This document shows positions 47,005 to 48,774 of a DNA stretch of 48,774 bases, piece by piece. Source of the stretch: Sulfurimonadaceae bacterium. Its GTDB lineage: Bacteria > Campylobacterota > Campylobacteria > Campylobacterales > Sulfurimonadaceae. The DNA lies in contig JBFFUI010000013.1 of assembly GCA_041571435.1 (NCBI GenBank), positions 1 to 48,774 on the forward strand, given 5' to 3'. Numbering within the stretch: the first letter of the stretch is position 1; each line of letters begins with the position of its first letter. Below the pieces are notes generated by a model, which did no database searches, was not told the origin of the DNA, and saw only the letters and a list, made by a program, of their open reading frames with translations. The position numbers and the translations under genes were made by a program.

Positions 47005-48774
47005 ATGAAAAGAGCTACCAAAGCCGTAGACAACTGGCTCTACCGGGTCGGCGAAGGAATCAGCAAACGTAAATACATGGTGCTTGTGACCATGATCACA
47101 CTTCTTTTTGCCATGATCGTTAACGTCCCTAAAATCACACTTGATACGACAACGGAAGGTTTTCTGCGCGAAGATGACCCAGTTCGTGTCGCGTACGACA
47201 AGTTTCAAAATCAGTTCGGCCATGACGAGAAGATCGTTGTCGCTATCAAGACAGACGGTATCTTCAAACTCGAAAATCTCACCAAACTCAAAGCGCTGCA
47301 CAACGCGCTGAAAGATGAGGTACCAAGTCTTAACGACATCACCTCGCTTATTAATGCCCGTAACACGGCGGGTGATGCGGACAGCCTGCTGGTTGAAGAC
47401 CTTTTTGAAGCGTTTCCGAAGACACAGGCAGAGATCGAACCTAAAAGAGCGTTAGCCTTTGCCAACCCGATGTACAAAGACCTTCTGCTCAACAGTGACG
47501 GCAGCTTTACCGTCATCGTCCTGGAAGCCAACACCTATACCGCCAACGGTAACGAAGAACTTGATGCGCTTGAAGGTTTTGACGATCCAGTGACAGAAGA
47601 GAGCAATGAGCCGACGGAAGAGATGGCCTTTATCTCCGACGAGGAGATGGCCGCGATGGTGCATAAAGTCCGTGACGTCGTAGCAGAGTACAACAGCGAT
47701 GATTTTCAGATCCAGATCGCCGGAAGCCCGAGTGTCACCGAAACCCTGAAAAGCTCTATGCAGCGAGACATCAAGAAGTTTAACGGCCTTATTATTCTCT
47801 CGATCATTATCCTTCTCTCACTGCTTTTCAGACGTATTTCCGGTGTTATCTTCCCGCTGCTTGCCGTTGTTCTATCTGTTTTGAGCACAGTGGGTCTTAT
47901 GGCCTTTTTCGGGACGCCGATCAAGATTCCGACGCAGATCCTCCCCTCATTTCTTCTGGCTGTCGGTATCGGTACCTCGATCCATATCATGGCCATCTTC
48001 TTTCACCATTTTGACAAATACGGCAACAAAAAAGAGTCTATCGCCTACACGCTCCACCACTCCGGGCTTGCCATCATCATGACCTCATTGACGACTGCAG
48101 CGGGGATCGGATCCTTCTCCTTCTCCAAGGTTGCGCCTGTTTCGGACCTGGGTATCTACGGTGCAGCCGGCGTCATCATCGCATTGATCGTCAGTATGGT
48201 ACTGTTGCCGGTACTGATTGCGATCTTCCCGATCAAGCGCAAGACGCATATAACCGTAGCGCATAAAGACCGCTTCGAACGCATTTTAGAGAAGATCGCC
48301 GACCTCTCACAGCGTTATGCAAAACCTATCGTTGCCGGCTCGCTAACCTTAATGGTGATCACCGTTGCATTGGCAACACAGATGAAGTATTCTCATAACC
48401 CGCTGACCTGGCTGCCGCAACATAATGAAGCGCGCATTGCCACGGAGCAGATCGACCATGAGATGCGCGGGACGATCTCTCTCGAACTGATCATCGATAC
48501 CAAAAAAGAGAACGGTCTGTATGACTATGCACTGCTAAAAAGTATCGAAGAAGTCTCTCAACACACTGAGACCATCTCAACCGATGCCTACTTTGTCGGC
48601 AAGGTGATCAGCATCGTCGATGTAATGAAAGAGATCCACAAGGCCCTTCATGCCAACGATCAAGAGTACTATAAACTTCCGCAGGATCCCCAACTCATTG
48701 CGCAGGAGATCCTCCTTTTCGAGAACAGCGGCAGCGATGACCTTGAGGACTTCGTCGATTCGCAGTTCTCCAAA
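47005..48774 (+). CDS. MMPL/RND-family transporter (partial, runs off the window; absent from the ORF track)
   Basis: ATG 47005 after AAGGA; manual translation MKRATKAVDNW...DDPVRVAYDKFQNQFG...IAGSP...TSLTTAAGIGSF. Confidence 0.88.
   Translation, partial: MKRATKAVDNWLYRVGEGISKRKYMVLVTMITLLFAMIVNVPKITLDTTTEGFLREDDPVRVAYDKFQNQFGHDEKIVVAIKTDGIFKLENLTKLKALHNALKDEVPSLNDITSLINARNTAGDADSLLVEDLFEAFPKTQAEIEPKRALAFANPMYKDLLLNSDGSFTVIVLEANTYTANGNEELDALEGFDDPVTEESNEPTEEMAFISDEEMAAMVHKVRDVVAEYNSDDFQIQIAGSPSVTETLKSSMQRDIKKFNGLIILSIIILLSLLFRRISGVIFPLLAVVLSVLSTVGLMAFFGTPIKIPTQILPSFLLAVGIGTSIHIMAIFFHHFDKYGNKKESIAYTLHHSGLAIIMTSLTTAAGIGSFSFSKVAPVSDLGIYGAAGVIIALIVSMVLLPVLIAIFPIKRKTHITVAHKDRFERILEKIADLSQRYAKPIVAGSLTLMVITVALATQMKYSHNPLTWLPQHNEARIATEQIDHEMRGTISLELIIDTKKENGLYDYALLKSIEEVSQHTETISTDAYFVGKVISIVDVMKEIHKALHANDQEYYKLPQDPQLIAQEILLFENSGSDDLEDFVDSQFSK

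Noticed and set aside
46969-47996. Several short minus-strand ORFs
   Set aside because: Shadows of the plus-strand MMPL gene that the ORF track omitted

Overview
Chromosomal window from a Campylobacterota bacterium, probably Sulfurimonas/Sulfurovum-like. This is inferred from the yccA...bioC-secG-frr-pyrE, pyrG-recJ and rsmA-rnj gene orders and the gnTAnaAT-type promoters. Housekeeping blocks flank a ~21 kb pure signal-transduction island (12877-34056). The island holds six histidine kinases (four hybrid), two free Hpt proteins, one UvrY/GacA-like NarL-family regulator, a single-domain receiver, a degenerate-GGDEF/EAL protein and a three-gene operon (stand-alone Aer/CetB-type PAS protein, Roadblock-like protein, SixA phosphohistidine phosphatase). 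The main unannotated signal is an 18-bp palindrome, TGTAGG-N6-CCTACA, resembling the GacA/UvrY box. It occurs in three island promoters, each 22-23 nt upstream of a -10 hexamer, with a degenerate fourth copy at the same spacing before a nearby pilT/pilU-like gene. This suggests a self-regulating phosphorelay regulon. The sixA gene appears to need a non-canonical ATC start. The right end holds a two-component pair facing a TonB receptor plus membrane polyferredoxin, then a cytochrome c, a PAP2 phosphatase and an MMPL/RND transporter cut by the window edge. No CRISPR array, tRNA or mobile element was seen.
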